Shown here: in pieces, positions 9,477-21,066 of the stretch | Position numbering within the stretch: position 1 is the stretch's first letter | Layout: each line of letters begins with the position of its first letter | NCBI GenBank assembly: GCA_038059415.1 | Contig: JBBTJN010000011.1 | Coordinates: forward strand, 7,150 to 71,149 | Length of the DNA stretch: 64,000 bases | Direction: 5' to 3' | DNA from: Elusimicrobiota bacterium | Lineage (GTDB): Bacteria; Elusimicrobiota; Elusimicrobia; UBA1565; UBA9628 | Position numbers and translations under genes: made by a program | The notes under the pieces: generated by a model | The model's input: the letters and a program-made list of their open reading frames with translations, nothing else | What the model was told of the DNA's origin: nothing | Databases searched by the model: none

Positions 9477-10082
9477 ATGAGCCAACCCTATAGCTGCGCC
9501 GCAATTCCAGACGACTCCGACACGCACAGCGGCGTCAGCAACGCCAAGCTCGGCGTGTGGCTGTTCCTCGCATCCGAGATCATGCTGTTCGCGACCTTGT
9601 TTACAAGCTACATCGTCCTGCGCATGGCCTCACCCTCCTGGCCGTGGGGCTGGGATGTGCTCAACGTCCCGCTGGCGACATTGAACACGGTGATCCTGAT
9701 CACGTCGTCGGTCACCATCGTGATGGCGTACGTGAAGGCCTACGACAAGAACAAGGCCGGCTTCCAGATGTGGATGGCGGCGACCTTGCTGCTCTCGCTC
9801 GGGTTCCTCGTGGTCAAGGGATTCGAATACGGGCATGAGTTCGCGCTTGGCATCGGGCCGCATACGAGCGTGTTCTATGCGATCTACTTCACGATGACGG
9901 GTCTTCACGGCCTGCATATCCTGGGCGGCATCGCGGTCAACGGCGGGCTGCTGTACATGAGCGGCGTCGAGGCGCACTGGGAAAATCCGTTATTCCTCGG
10001 CCGCGTCGAGGGCGCCGGGCTGTACTGGCACTTCGTCGACATCGTCTGGATATTCCTGTTCCCGGCGCTGTACCTACTCTAG
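9477..10082 (+). CDS. coxC: Cytochrome c oxidase subunit III
   Basis: 201 aa. Contains LGVWLFLASEIMLFATLF and YWHFVDIVWIFLFP, typical of subunit III. Operon position supports the call. Confidence 0.9.
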   Translation: MSQPYSCAAIPDDSDTHSGVSNAKLGVWLFLASEIMLFATLFTSYIVLRMASPSWPWGWDVLNVPLATLNTVILITSSVTIVMAYVKAYDKNKAGFQMWMAATLLLSLGFLVVKGFEYGHEFALGIGPHTSVFYAIYFTMTGLHGLHILGGIAVNGGLLYMSGVEAHWENPLFLGRVEGAGLYWHFVDIVWIFLFPALYLL

Positions 10083-10091
10083 GAGATCATC

Positions 10092-10493
10092 ATGTCCTCA
10101 TCTCATGACGCCTCGCCCGATCCCCATCGGCCCAACGTCGCACTCTACGTCAAGGTTTTCGCCGCGTTGATGGTGCTGACTTTGATCACGGTCGCGATAT
10201 CCAAGCTCCATCTCCCCCGCCATCAAGCCATCGGCCTCGGCCTGTTCGTCGCTCTGATCAAGGCGGCCCTCGTCGGCGCGCTATTCATGCATCTGTGGGG
10301 CGAGAACAAGCTGGTCCACAATATGCTCTTCCTCACGGTCGCCGGCGCCGCGATCCTGGTTCTGCCGATGATCGACTTCATGATGGTCGCGCGCAAGGTC
10401 ACGAGCCCGGCCGACGTCGCCGCCCAGCATCCGAATGAAGGCGGCGAGGGCAAGCATGTTGAGATAAGGAAGTCCGCCAAGAAGGGGAATTAA
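10092..10493 (+). CDS. Cytochrome c oxidase subunit IV (prokaryotic CoxD-type)
   Basis: 133 aa with 3 TM segments. YVKVFAALMVLTLITV...ALIKAALVGALFMHL resembles bacterial subunit IV. Follows coxC. Confidence 0.75.
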   Translation: MSSSHDASPDPHRPNVALYVKVFAALMVLTLITVAISKLHLPRHQAIGLGLFVALIKAALVGALFMHLWGENKLVHNMLFLTVAGAAILVLPMIDFMMVARKVTSPADVAAQHPNEGGEGKHVEIRKSAKKGN

Positions 10494-10494
10494 C

Positions 10495-10689
10495 ATGTCA
10501 CTGCAAGCCTTCCACCGATTCTTCATCGTCCTATGTCTGGCCCTGTTCGCCTTCACCGGCTATTGGGCCTCGGGAGGCAACCCGACCGCTGTCGTGACGC
10601 CGTGGCTGATGTACGTCAGCGTCGCAGGTGCTTGCGCCGTCCTCTGCTACCTCTTCTGGCATATCCGCTCGGCGAGACTGCCCAAGTGA
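10495..10689 (+). CDS. Small two-TM membrane protein in the cox operon
   Basis: 64-aa ORF starting 2 nt after subunit IV. Two hydrophobic helices. No recognisable family. Confidence 0.45.
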   Translation: MSLQAFHRFFIVLCLALFAFTGYWASGGNPTAVVTPWLMYVSVAGACAVLCYLFWHIRSARLPK

Positions 10690-10907
10690 GAGCCCTGGGC
10701 CTTGCCGCCCTGCTCCCCTTGATGCCCGGTTGCGCTGCGGCGTGCGCGGTGTGCTTTGGAGGCGCTACGGGCAACAAGGGGCTCATCGACGGCATCTGGT
10801 GGGGCATCATCATTCTGTTGTCGGTGACAATGAGCATAGTCGGCGGCATCTGCTGGCTTCTGCATAAGGTCGAGAAGGACCGCCTCGCCCACGAGACGGC
10901 GAAATGA
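10686..10907 (+). CDS. Small Cys-rich membrane protein in the cox operon (GTG start)
   Basis: GTG at 10686 overlaps the preceding TGA (GTGA). Product VRALGLAALLPLMPGCAAACAVCFGG... plus one TM helix. Its stop overlaps the ctaA start. Confidence 0.45.
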   Translation: MRALGLAALLPLMPGCAAACAVCFGGATGNKGLIDGIWWGIIILLSVTMSIVGGICWLLHKVEKDRLAHETAK

Positions 10908-11788
10908 ACACCACTCCCGCAAGGCCGGTGCGATTAAATCTCCGTCCCCCCTCCGGAGATCCTCTGTTCACTTCCTGGGCCAAGGCCACGGTCTGCGCCG
11001 CCTTCTTTCTCCTGTTCGCCGGAGGAATGGTGACCTCGACGGGTTCGGGACTCTCGGTTCCAGACTGGCCCCTCTCCTTCGGCGGGATCAACCCTCCCAT
11101 GATCGGAGGGATCTTCTTCGAGCACGGACATCGTCTGTTCGCGGGCGGCACGGCGCTCATGACCTGGGCGCTCCTGATCCTCTCGTGGCGTCCCGGCGTG
11201 CCCTCCGGCGCGCGTACGGCGACCATGCTTGCCTCGGGCGGCATTTTGCTTCAGGCCCTGCTCGGCGGCCTGACCGTGCTGATGAAGCTACCCCCCCTCG
11301 TTTCAATCTCCCACGCCTGCCTCGGCCAGGGCGTGTTCTGTCTGCTGTTGGCCTGCGTGGTCCTCTCCGTTCCGAGGACCGTCTTCGGGCCCGGGTATTC
11401 CCGCGTGTTCCGCTTCGCGGCGCTGGGATTTTTCGCCGCCTATCTTCAGCTGGCGCTCGGCGCGCTCGCGAGACACACCGGCCAGGGCCTGGGCTGGCAC
11501 ATCCTGTGGGCCTGCGCCGTCATCGTTCTGGCGGCCCTGGCCTGTTTCACGGCTTTACGTTGCGACGCCGACGTCCTCAAACGTCCGGCTTTGCTGCTCG
11601 CAGTCGCGGTACCGGTGCAGCTCTGCTTGGGTTTGTTCGCGCTTCTTGTGCGGGTGGACTCGACGATGGTCCTCGGCTTCAAAGAGGCCGCCGTATGGCG
11701 CACCGCGCACCTCTCGGGCGGGGCTCTCACCTTGGCCGCCTTTCTCCTGTTGGCGCTCAGTTCGCGCCGGACCGCGGAGCCCGCATGA
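10904..11788 (+). CDS. ctaA: Haem A synthase (COX15/CtaA family)
   Basis: 294-aa polytopic ORF with GGMVTSTGSGLSVPDWPLSFG and EHGHR motifs typical of CtaA. Lies between the oxidase subunits and ctaB. Confidence 0.8.
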   Translation: MNTTPARPVRLNLRPPSGDPLFTSWAKATVCAAFFLLFAGGMVTSTGSGLSVPDWPLSFGGINPPMIGGIFFEHGHRLFAGGTALMTWALLILSWRPGVPSGARTATMLASGGILLQALLGGLTVLMKLPPLVSISHACLGQGVFCLLLACVVLSVPRTVFGPGYSRVFRFAALGFFAAYLQLALGALARHTGQGLGWHILWACAVIVLAALACFTALRCDADVLKRPALLLAVAVPVQLCLGLFALLVRVDSTMVLGFKEAAVWRTAHLSGGALTLAAFLLLALSSRRTAEPA

Positions 11789-12624
11789 AGAACTACCTCC
11801 AGCTCGCCAAGCCCCGAATCGCGCTGATGGTCGCACTCACCACGTGGCTCGGTTGGGAACTGGCCGGCGCAACGGCGACGGGGGCTTTGTTTTTCGTCGT
11901 GCTCGGGGCCACGCTCGCCGCCGGCGCTTGCGGCGCGCTCAACTCGCGCCTGGAGATCGTCGAGGATGGTCTCATGAACCGCACGAAAAACCGCCCCCTG
12001 CCGACAGGCCGCGTCGCGCCGCGGGCCGCGATGACTTTCGGCTTGATCCTCGCGACCGCCGGGACGGCGCTCGTCTGGGCCGCGGGGGGGGCCATGGCCG
12101 CCGGCCTCACGCTCGCGACGATTATTCTTTACGTGCTTGTCTATACGCCTCTCAAGAAGGTCACCCCGCAAACCACCTGGATCGGCGCCGCCGCCGGCGC
12201 CACCTCTCCGTTGATCGGCTGGGTCGCCGCGGGCGGGCCTCTCGACGCGCGCGCCTTCACCCTTTTCGCGATCCAGTTCCTTTGGCAGATCCCTCATTTC
12301 CTGACGCTGTTCTGGATCCACCGCGAGGATTACGCGCGCGCGGGCTTCAAGGTCATGCCCGTCGTGCACCCCAACGGAGGCACGACGGCCGTCCAGATCG
12401 CGCTCCATTCTTTCACGCTTCTTCCCGCCACGATCGCCCCGGCGCTGGTCGGACTTGCTCGGCCCGAGTACGCGATCGGCGCCTTCGCGGTGTCAGGTTC
12501 ATTTTTACTCCTTGGTCTGCGCGCGAGCTGGACGATGACCGTCGTCGACAACCGCCGCCTCTTTTTGGCCTCGCTCGCTTTCCTTCCGCTCATCTTCGGC
12601 ATGCTCCTTTTCGGAGGCGTCTGA
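11785..12624 (+). CDS. ctaB: Protohaem IX farnesyltransferase (haem O synthase)
   Basis: ATG at 11785 overlaps the ctaA stop (ATGA). MKNYLQLAKPRIALMV..., NRTKNRPLPTGR and YTPLKKVTP are UbiA-family CtaB/CyoE signatures. The listed 11185 start is a spurious upstream extension. Confidence 0.9.
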   Translation: MKNYLQLAKPRIALMVALTTWLGWELAGATATGALFFVVLGATLAAGACGALNSRLEIVEDGLMNRTKNRPLPTGRVAPRAAMTFGLILATAGTALVWAAGGAMAAGLTLATIILYVLVYTPLKKVTPQTTWIGAAAGATSPLIGWVAAGGPLDARAFTLFAIQFLWQIPHFLTLFWIHREDYARAGFKVMPVVHPNGGTTAVQIALHSFTLLPATIAPALVGLARPEYAIGAFAVSGSFLLLGLRASWTMTVVDNRRLFLASLAFLPLIFGMLLFGGV

Positions 12625-12625
12625 C

Positions 12626-13330
12626 ATGAATCGCCTGCTTATGCCCTCCCTGATTCTCGCCTTGGCCTCCTGCTCTCGGCAGGCGGAGCTGACGAATTCC
12701 ATCGCCCGCGGCGAACGGGATTTCAACGGCATCGGCTGCGTGAAGTGCCACGCCATTGGCGACAAGGGAGGCGACTGGGGCCCCAACCTGACCATGCTCG
12801 GTTTTCGAAAATCATCGGCTTGGATAGATGCCTGGCTCAAGGATCCCCACGCCTGGAACCCGAAGACGATCATGCCCAACTTCCACCTGAAGGACTCTAC
12901 ACGCGTCGACCTCGTCGCCTACCTGTCCGCGCAAAGGGGACAGACCTGGAAGGTGAAGCCCTGGCAAACCCCCGAAGCCGCCGCCCTGCCCGCCGCCAAA
13001 CGCGGCAAGATCATTTTCAACTCGGTCGGTTGCGACTCCTGCCACGCCCAGGACGGCTACGGCGGTTACCCGAACAACAACGTGGCGGGCGGCCTCGTCA
13101 ACTCCCTGGGCAAGGTCACGGAGGGCTACAGCAAAGCCGAGCTGCACGAGAAAATCAAGGCAGGCGCGGTCCCGATTCCCAGCGACTCGACGAAACCCGC
13201 GCCAATGCTCCAGATGCCGAAATGGGGCGATTATTTGGGCGCCAATGAAATCGACGCCGTCGTCGAGTATCTCTACTCTCTCGGGCAGACGATTGCCGCC
13301 GGCGCGAAGCCCTCCAAGAACGACTTCTAA
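12626..13330 (+). CDS. Dihaem c-type cytochrome, probable lipoprotein
   Basis: Two CxxCH motifs (CVKCH, CDSCH). N-terminus ...LILALASC is lipobox-like. Last gene of the cox operon. Confidence 0.8.
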   Translation: MNRLLMPSLILALASCSRQAELTNSIARGERDFNGIGCVKCHAIGDKGGDWGPNLTMLGFRKSSAWIDAWLKDPHAWNPKTIMPNFHLKDSTRVDLVAYLSAQRGQTWKVKPWQTPEAAALPAAKRGKIIFNSVGCDSCHAQDGYGGYPNNNVAGGLVNSLGKVTEGYSKAELHEKIKAGAVPIPSDSTKPAPMLQMPKWGDYLGANEIDAVVEYLYSLGQTIAAGAKPSKNDF

Positions 13331-13351
13331 ATACCGCTGTCGGCGGTCGTT

Positions 13352-14583
13352 TTATTCAACCCCACTCCTGTGCGAGAGCCGCTTGCGCAGGGCGTCGACG
13401 TAGGCGTTCGGTCCCACCGCGCGCAGCGCGGGCGTGTCCTGGCGCGCGAACACCTTGCGCGCGCGCTCAGGCCAGCCTGCCGCGAGCTCGGCCTCGATGA
13501 CGGACCATTGGTCGGCGGGCCAGTCGCTAAGCCCACCCGCCGTGCGCAGGACGCGACCATCATGCACGTAGCGCGTCTCGATCAAGTCGAGAGTACGCCG
13601 CGCGTGCGCCTTCTGCGCAAGCGAGGCGACCTTTGAGAGCAGGACGGCCCTGGCCATGTCGGCGTTGGGCCCTGCAAACAGGCGCCGGTCCACGGTGGGA
13701 AGCCCGGAGGCCCGCCTGCCGGCGTCATCCTTGGCGAAGTACGACGTCCCCTCTTCGATACGGCCGTCCGGAAGGTGAACGTCGCCGTTCACCGAGGAGG
13801 CATAGCCGCCGCCGGGCAAGGACATGAACTTCTCGACGAAGCCCAAAACGGCTTTTGCCCGCGCGGCGTCGGTGGACAGCGCAACGGAAGTTTGGTCGAT
13901 AAGCGTTTTTGCGTATTCGTTCGGACCGTGATAAGCTCCGCCCCACACCGCGTCGTCAGGCCCCGGGGCGGGCTCCGGGCGCCGCCGCACGGCCTCCAAA
14001 CGTCTGCGCGCGTCGGCCGCAAATCCGTCGGCCTTGGCCGGATCGGCCTGCAGCGTCTCGAGGATCAGCTTCGCCCACGGCAGAAAGAGCTTCGGCGTCA
14101 GGCGCGCGGCCCCGGCGAGGGCCCGCCCGTCCGGATCAATGAGCGCCGTCGTGGGCCAGGCGCCGACGCCATATAAAAAAACAAGGTCGGGACGTTCATC
14201 GGCGTCGGCCCGCGTCGCCACGAGATTGGCAGATATCCACTTCGCGACCCCTGCGTCGGCGTAGACGCTTTCTTCCATCAACCGCGCTTCGCGCGACCAG
14301 GCCGGAGACAGATGGAGGAGCACGATCTTGTGAGAGACCTTGGCGCGAGACAGCGCGCCGGAATCAAAATCCTCAAAAGGCGCCGGAGCCTTGCGCGCAA
14401 CGCGGTACGACGGGGTTTCGCGCTTGCCCCACCCTCCCATCATCCACGCCGGGAACACTCCCGGGCTCATCGCGATAAGACCGGAGGCCAACGCGCAGAT
14501 AGCCATGATCGCGCCGAGGATGATCATCACCATGGCGTGAACGCGTTTTGAGCGGGCTTTTTCTTCGTCGGAGCGTTCATCGG

Positions 14584-14587
<4 letters not shown>
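13352..14587 (-). CDS. Membrane-anchored YyaL-like thioredoxin-fold paralogue lacking the CxxC motif
   Basis: ATG at 14587 overlaps the upstream stop (ATGA). TM helix [36 protein letters not shown]...ERPDL aligns with [16 protein letters not shown]...ERPDV of the upstream gene. Confidence 0.6.
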
Positions 14588-16653
<2,066 letters not shown>

Positions 16654-16737
16654 CAGTGCGCGTCGAGCGCGGTCCCGCCCGTCAGCAGTTCGCCTATGCC
16701 GGAGATCACGCGGTATTCTATCATCCTCCGCGGACGA

Positions 16738-17739
16738 ATGGTACAATACAATGTGGCCGTCGATAAAACATTTCTCCTCACCGGCGCGAAACGAGTCGTG
16801 GACTCCCGCCCGATGTACGCGCAGGTTGTCGTCACCGACGACTGCAACCTGACCTGCTCCTACTGCGACGAGTACGCCCCGGGCTCTCCTATCGTCCCGC
16901 TTGAGACGATGACGGCCAGGATCGACAAACTCGACGAGCTCGGCGTGCTCGTCTACGATTTCCTCGGCGGCGAGACGATGATGCATCCGGACATCGCGCA
17001 GCTTGTCAAGCGCGTGAAATCCAAGCGCGGCGGATCCAACCTGGCGACAATCATCACCAACGGCTTTTTGCTGACGAAGAAAAATATTTTAGACCTCAAC
17101 GAAGCCGGTCTTGATTTCATGCAGGTCTCGGTCGACACTCTCCATCCGACGGATTGGTCGGACAAGTCGCTTAAATCCGTTTTGCCGAAATTAAAACTCT
17201 TGGCCGAAACCGCGAAGTTCCAGGTAGAGATTCAGTCGGTACTTAACGAAGAGAACCTCAACAACTACGACGAGTTCCGCGCTGCTTTAGAAGAACTGCC
17301 CTTCGCCTTTGGATTCTCGATTATGCACGGCAAGGGCGGCCGGATCGCGATCAAGGGCGAGAAATACCTGGCCTTGCTCGACAAGTACGGCGTATTCGAA
17401 GGCGTCAACTTCTACGGCGAACACCTCAAAGAGATGCTGGCGGGCGATTTCTCCCGTCCCTGGAAATGCCTCGGCGGCTTCAAATTCCTCTACATCACCG
17501 CCGCCGGCTCGATCCAGTGGTGCGCGCAGCAGCGCGGCGTCGCCTTCGAGTTGATGTCGGCCACGCCCGAACGCCTGCAGACAAACAACGTGCACAAGCC
17601 CTGCGAGGCCGGCTGCTCGCTGGGCTGCGTGCGCATGGTGTCCCATACGCTCGGCGAGCCGCTCAAGACCTTTGGCGCGAGCGTTAAGCTCGCGATAGGC
17701 ATGAGCAAGCCGAAGCCGAAATCCGGGGCGGCCTGTTAG
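16738..17739 (+). CDS. Radical SAM protein with a C-terminal Cys-rich (SPASM/twitch-like) region
   Basis: CNLTCSYC (CxxxCxxC) lies near the N-terminus. The C-terminus has WKCLGG...WCAQQ...CEAGCSLGC. The start is ambiguous, with ATG candidates at 16696, 16738 and 16813. Confidence 0.75.
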   Translation: MVQYNVAVDKTFLLTGAKRVVDSRPMYAQVVVTDDCNLTCSYCDEYAPGSPIVPLETMTARIDKLDELGVLVYDFLGGETMMHPDIAQLVKRVKSKRGGSNLATIITNGFLLTKKNILDLNEAGLDFMQVSVDTLHPTDWSDKSLKSVLPKLKLLAETAKFQVEIQSVLNEENLNNYDEFRAALEELPFAFGFSIMHGKGGRIAIKGEKYLALLDKYGVFEGVNFYGEHLKEMLAGDFSRPWKCLGGFKFLYITAAGSIQWCAQQRGVAFELMSATPERLQTNNVHKPCEAGCSLGCVRMVSHTLGEPLKTFGASVKLAIGMSKPKPKSGAAC

Positions 17740-17774
17740 CCTTTCCGTCCTATGAACGTCGCCTTCGCCGCCGC

Positions 17775-18341
17775 ATGATGAGCAATCTCGCGAACGTCGG
17801 TCGGCTCGTCATGGCGTTCATTCTATGCGGTTGCGCCACGATGAGCGGTAAAACCCCGCAAGAAAAACGCAAAACCATCCTCTCCATGAGAAACGAGGTG
17901 CTGGCGGATCTTTACAAAGTGCGCCCCGAGGCAAAGGCTCGGATCGCCGCGGCGCCGGGTTATGCGGTTTTCAGCAACGCCAGCGTCAACATCATCTTCG
18001 CAAGCTTCGGCGGCGGTTATGGCGTCGCCACCGACAATAAAACCAACAAGCCCATTTTCATGAAAATGGCGGAGATCGGCATCGGGCTGGGGGTGGGAGC
18101 CAAGGATTTTCGAGCGATCTTTATTTTCAATACCCCCGCAGCCCTGGAACGGTTCGTCGACTACGGGTGGGAAGCCGGCGGACACGCCAATGCGGCGGCG
18201 AAAGCCGGCGACAAAGGCGCGTCTGCGGGCGGCGAAGTCTTGATCGAAGACATGACCGTTTATCAGTTGACGAAAACCGGGCTGGCCCTTGAGATAACGG
18301 TTAAAGGGAACAAGTACTGGAAAGACGTAAACTTAAACTAA
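17775..18341 (+). CDS. Lipoprotein, SYLF/DUF500 (Ysc84-like) domain
   Basis: N-terminus ...AFILCGC is lipobox-like. YAVFSN...FGGGYGVATD...IGIGLGVGAKDFRAIFIF...GWEAGGHA resembles the SYLF lipid-binding domain. Confidence 0.55.
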   Translation: MMSNLANVGRLVMAFILCGCATMSGKTPQEKRKTILSMRNEVLADLYKVRPEAKARIAAAPGYAVFSNASVNIIFASFGGGYGVATDNKTNKPIFMKMAEIGIGLGVGAKDFRAIFIFNTPAALERFVDYGWEAGGHANAAAKAGDKGASAGGEVLIEDMTVYQLTKTGLALEITVKGNKYWKDVNLN

Positions 18342-18384
18342 CGAGCGCGAAGTTGTGCCTGAGCGCGTATCTTGATGCGCCCCG

Positions 18385-19002
18385 CTATTTCGCGGCATCC
18401 TGCGGCTTGAGAACGGCCTCGATGTCGAGGGAGATCGCGACGTCCTCGCCAAGCAACAGCCCGCCGGCATCGAGCGTCCTGTTGAAGCTGATTGCGAAGT
18501 CCTTGCGATTGAGCGTGCCGGTCGCCGAGAAGCCCGCGCGCGTGTTGCCCCACGGATCCTTCGTCGTGCCGCCGAGCATGAGGTCGAGGACGACGGGCTT
18601 GGTCACGCCGTGCATGGTGAGGTCCCCATGCAGCTTCGCCGTCTCGCCCTTGATGCCGGTGACCTGTGTGGACTTAAAGGATATCGCCGGGTACTTCGCG
18701 ACATCGAAGAAGTCCGGGGTCTTGAGGTGGCTGTCGCGCTTCTCGTTGTCGGTGTTGATCGAGGCGGGATCGATGGTCGCGTCGACCTTCCAGGATTCCG
18801 GCTTGCCGGGAGTAAAAGCGATCGTGCCCGTGAAATTCGTGAAGCGACCGGGGACTTTCCCGACGAGATGCTTGATGCGAAAGCCGACTGAGGAGTGCGC
18901 CGCGTCTATTACATAAATCTCCGCGCGCAGCGACGACGCGGCAACGGCGAGCATGGCGGTCAGAACGACGATCATCCGCATGGAACCTCCCTCCCCTTTC
19001 AT
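18385..19002 (-). CDS. YceI family periplasmic protein
   Basis: Signal peptide followed by YVIDAAHSSVGFRIKHLVGKVPGRF...DNEKRDSHLKTPDFFDVAKYP, typical of YceI. Confidence 0.85.
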   Translation of the reverse strand: MKGEGGSMRMIVVLTAMLAVAASSLRAEIYVIDAAHSSVGFRIKHLVGKVPGRFTNFTGTIAFTPGKPESWKVDATIDPASINTDNEKRDSHLKTPDFFDVAKYPAISFKSTQVTGIKGETAKLHGDLTMHGVTKPVVLDLMLGGTTKDPWGNTRAGFSATGTLNRKDFAISFNRTLDAGGLLLGEDVAISLDIEAVLKPQDAAK

Positions 19003-19036
19003 AGCGACGAGCGACGAACTGATATAACAGGATCGC

Positions 19037-20287
19037 TTATCTCGTTGTCAAGCGCCGCAAGAAGAAGCCGACCGCGAGAACGGCGGCTGCCGCCGCGACC
19101 TGAAGCCAGCCGCCCTGCGCGCCAAGCCAAAGAGTGGCGCAGATGCCCGCGAGCGGAATCAAGGCGCCCGGCAATACGCGTCGGCCTCCCCCGCATCGGC
19201 GCGCGCGGCGCACAAGAACGACGGCGCAGGTGGACAAGAACTGAGCCCCGATGACGACGTTGGAGAAGTCCACGAGCCCGTTGAAATCAAGAAGCAACGC
19301 TGCCATCAGGGCGACCACGGTCGACCCCAGAATCGCCGACGAGGGCGTGCCGAAGCGCGGATGGACCGCAGCGAGCGCTTTGGGAAAGTGCCCCTCCTCG
19401 GCCAAAGCCACCAGGTAGCGGGGACCGCCCAAGGCCGAACCGGCCACGAAGCCGGTCATCGAAATCACCGCCCCAGCCGTGAGGAGGGCCTCGCCCCAAG
19501 GCCCCATCAAGACGGCCGCGGCGTCGGCGAGCGGGCGCTGGGATGAGGCCAGATCCGGAACCAACGAGAGCGCGCCGATCTGCACCAATATGTATAGCAC
19601 CGCCGAGCCGAGCAGGGCCGTCAGAATGGCGAAGGGTACGTCGCGCTGGGGATCGCGGGCCTCGCCCGCCGGAACGGGCACGGTCTCGAACCCTTGATAG
19701 GCGAAATACGCGAGGAAACAGGCCTCCCCGAGAGGCCGCCAGCCCGCCGGCGGAAGCGCCGGACGCCAGGCGGGCAAAGCGTACGCCCCCGCCAGTGCGA
19801 TCAACGCGATCGCGCCGAGCTTGGCAACCGTGAAGAAATCCGTCGTCCACGCTCCCAGCCGCACGCCGCGCCAGTTCAGGGCGCCGAAGGCGGCTATCGC
19901 GAGGCATGCCACAGCCTTGCCGATCGCGGGCCGGGCTGCGATCCACGGAAGATAGGACGCGATGCCGTTGGCGACCGCGGCCCAACTAACGATCATCGTA
20001 ATCCAGCACAGCCACCCGATCGCAAATCCCCAATTCGGCCCGAACTCCGTGTGGGCGTATAGGGTCGGGCCGCCCGCGCGGTCGTGTTCCGAGGACGCCT
20101 CCGCAAAACAGATCGCCACGGGGGCCAGAAGCAAGGCGGTCAGCGCGTAGGCCGCAGGAGAAGCCGACCCCAGGTGTCCGGCTAGGCGGCCTGGGAACAG
20201 AAATATGCTCGAGCCGACCACGGCATTGACGCCAAGGCAGACCAGGTCGAAGCGAGTCAGCGGGCGGCGGGACGCAGAACGCGTCAA
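19037..20287 (-). CDS. Amino acid/polyamine (APC superfamily) permease
   Basis: 416-aa ORF with ~12 predicted TM segments. The N-terminal FDLVCLGVNAVVGSSIF motif and FETVPVPAGEARDPQRDVP are typical of the APC family. Confidence 0.8.
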   Translation of the reverse strand: MTRSASRRPLTRFDLVCLGVNAVVGSSIFLFPGRLAGHLGSASPAAYALTALLLAPVAICFAEASSEHDRAGGPTLYAHTEFGPNWGFAIGWLCWITMIVSWAAVANGIASYLPWIAARPAIGKAVACLAIAAFGALNWRGVRLGAWTTDFFTVAKLGAIALIALAGAYALPAWRPALPPAGWRPLGEACFLAYFAYQGFETVPVPAGEARDPQRDVPFAILTALLGSAVLYILVQIGALSLVPDLASSQRPLADAAAVLMGPWGEALLTAGAVISMTGFVAGSALGGPRYLVALAEEGHFPKALAAVHPRFGTPSSAILGSTVVALMAALLLDFNGLVDFSNVVIGAQFLSTCAVVLVRRARRCGGGRRVLPGALIPLAGICATLWLGAQGGWLQVAAAAAVLAVGFFLRRLTTR

Positions 20288-21066
20288 GGTTTAGCGCTCA
20301 TCGCAAGCACGATCTTCGTGCCGACAAAGCTCTGCGTGTACAAGCGGCGCGCGACCGGCAGCGGCAGAGAGAGGCACAGGTGCGCAAAGGCCTCGTGCTC
20401 GGCCTCTTTGAGCGGCGGGCCGTGGAGCACGAGACCCTCTCTCGTGAACAGGACGAACTCGCCCAGCGCGCTCGCGCGCACGGAGGTGCCGACTTGGGGC
20501 GGCTCCCAATGGAGTTGGCCGCCGACCTGCTCGAACTTAGGGCGCTCGGTGCTGGCGAAGCGCTCCTTGGTCAAGATCGTCGCGAAACGCGGCAGCGGGC
20601 GAGTCTCCGCGCCGACAACGCGCGGCCGGGCGCCCGCGAGGAGCAGGCTCTCGACGATCTGCTCGCCTCGAAAGAGCTGGACCTTGCCGGCCTCTTCGTC
20701 GAGGCGGATCCAAAGGCTCATAATCTCGAGTTGCTTTTCGAGCAGGCGTTTCTCCTCGGACAGCGCCATCCCCCCCTCGAACAGGACTTTGCGGGAGCGC
20801 GACAGCGTCGTCGCACTCTCCTTGGCACGCGCGAAATCGCGGGACACGAGCGCGATCAGCGCCTCGCGCTCCGCCAGGTCGAGATCAAGGTTCTCGCGCG
20901 CCACCGCGAGTGCTGCACGCCGATCGACGGCGATGGCGACGTGCGCGGACACCCAGCGGCCCATCAGCCACAGGCACGCGAGCACCGCGCCGCCGGCGGC
21001 GGCAAGGCCGAGGGCGCCGACCCGGCAATCGAGCGCGCGCAGACGGCTCTGCAGTGTCGCGCTCAT
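20284..21066 (-). CDS. L,D-transpeptidase-like paralogue with altered catalytic motif
   Basis: ATG at 21066 overlaps the upstream stop (ATGA). N-terminal TM segment plus a coiled-coil-like region. The C-terminal LVLHG...AHLCLSL aligns with FLIHG...SHGCVRV of the upstream gene. Confidence 0.55.
   Translation of the reverse strand: MSATLQSRLRALDCRVGALGLAAAGGAVLACLWLMGRWVSAHVAIAVDRRAALAVARENLDLDLAEREALIALVSRDFARAKESATTLSRSRKVLFEGGMALSEEKRLLEKQLEIMSLWIRLDEEAGKVQLFRGEQIVESLLLAGARPRVVGAETRPLPRFATILTKERFASTERPKFEQVGGQLHWEPPQVGTSVRASALGEFVLFTREGLVLHGPPLKEAEHEAFAHLCLSLPLPVARRLYTQSFVGTKIVLAMSAKP

Noticed and set aside
13333-13349. Small hairpin ACCGC-TGTCG-GCGGT followed by CGTTTTATT, between the convergent cytochrome c and YyaL-paralogue genes. 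It could be a bidirectional terminator.
   Set aside because: The stem is only 5 bp, and the T-run overlaps the stop codon of the minus-strand gene. This is too weak to call.
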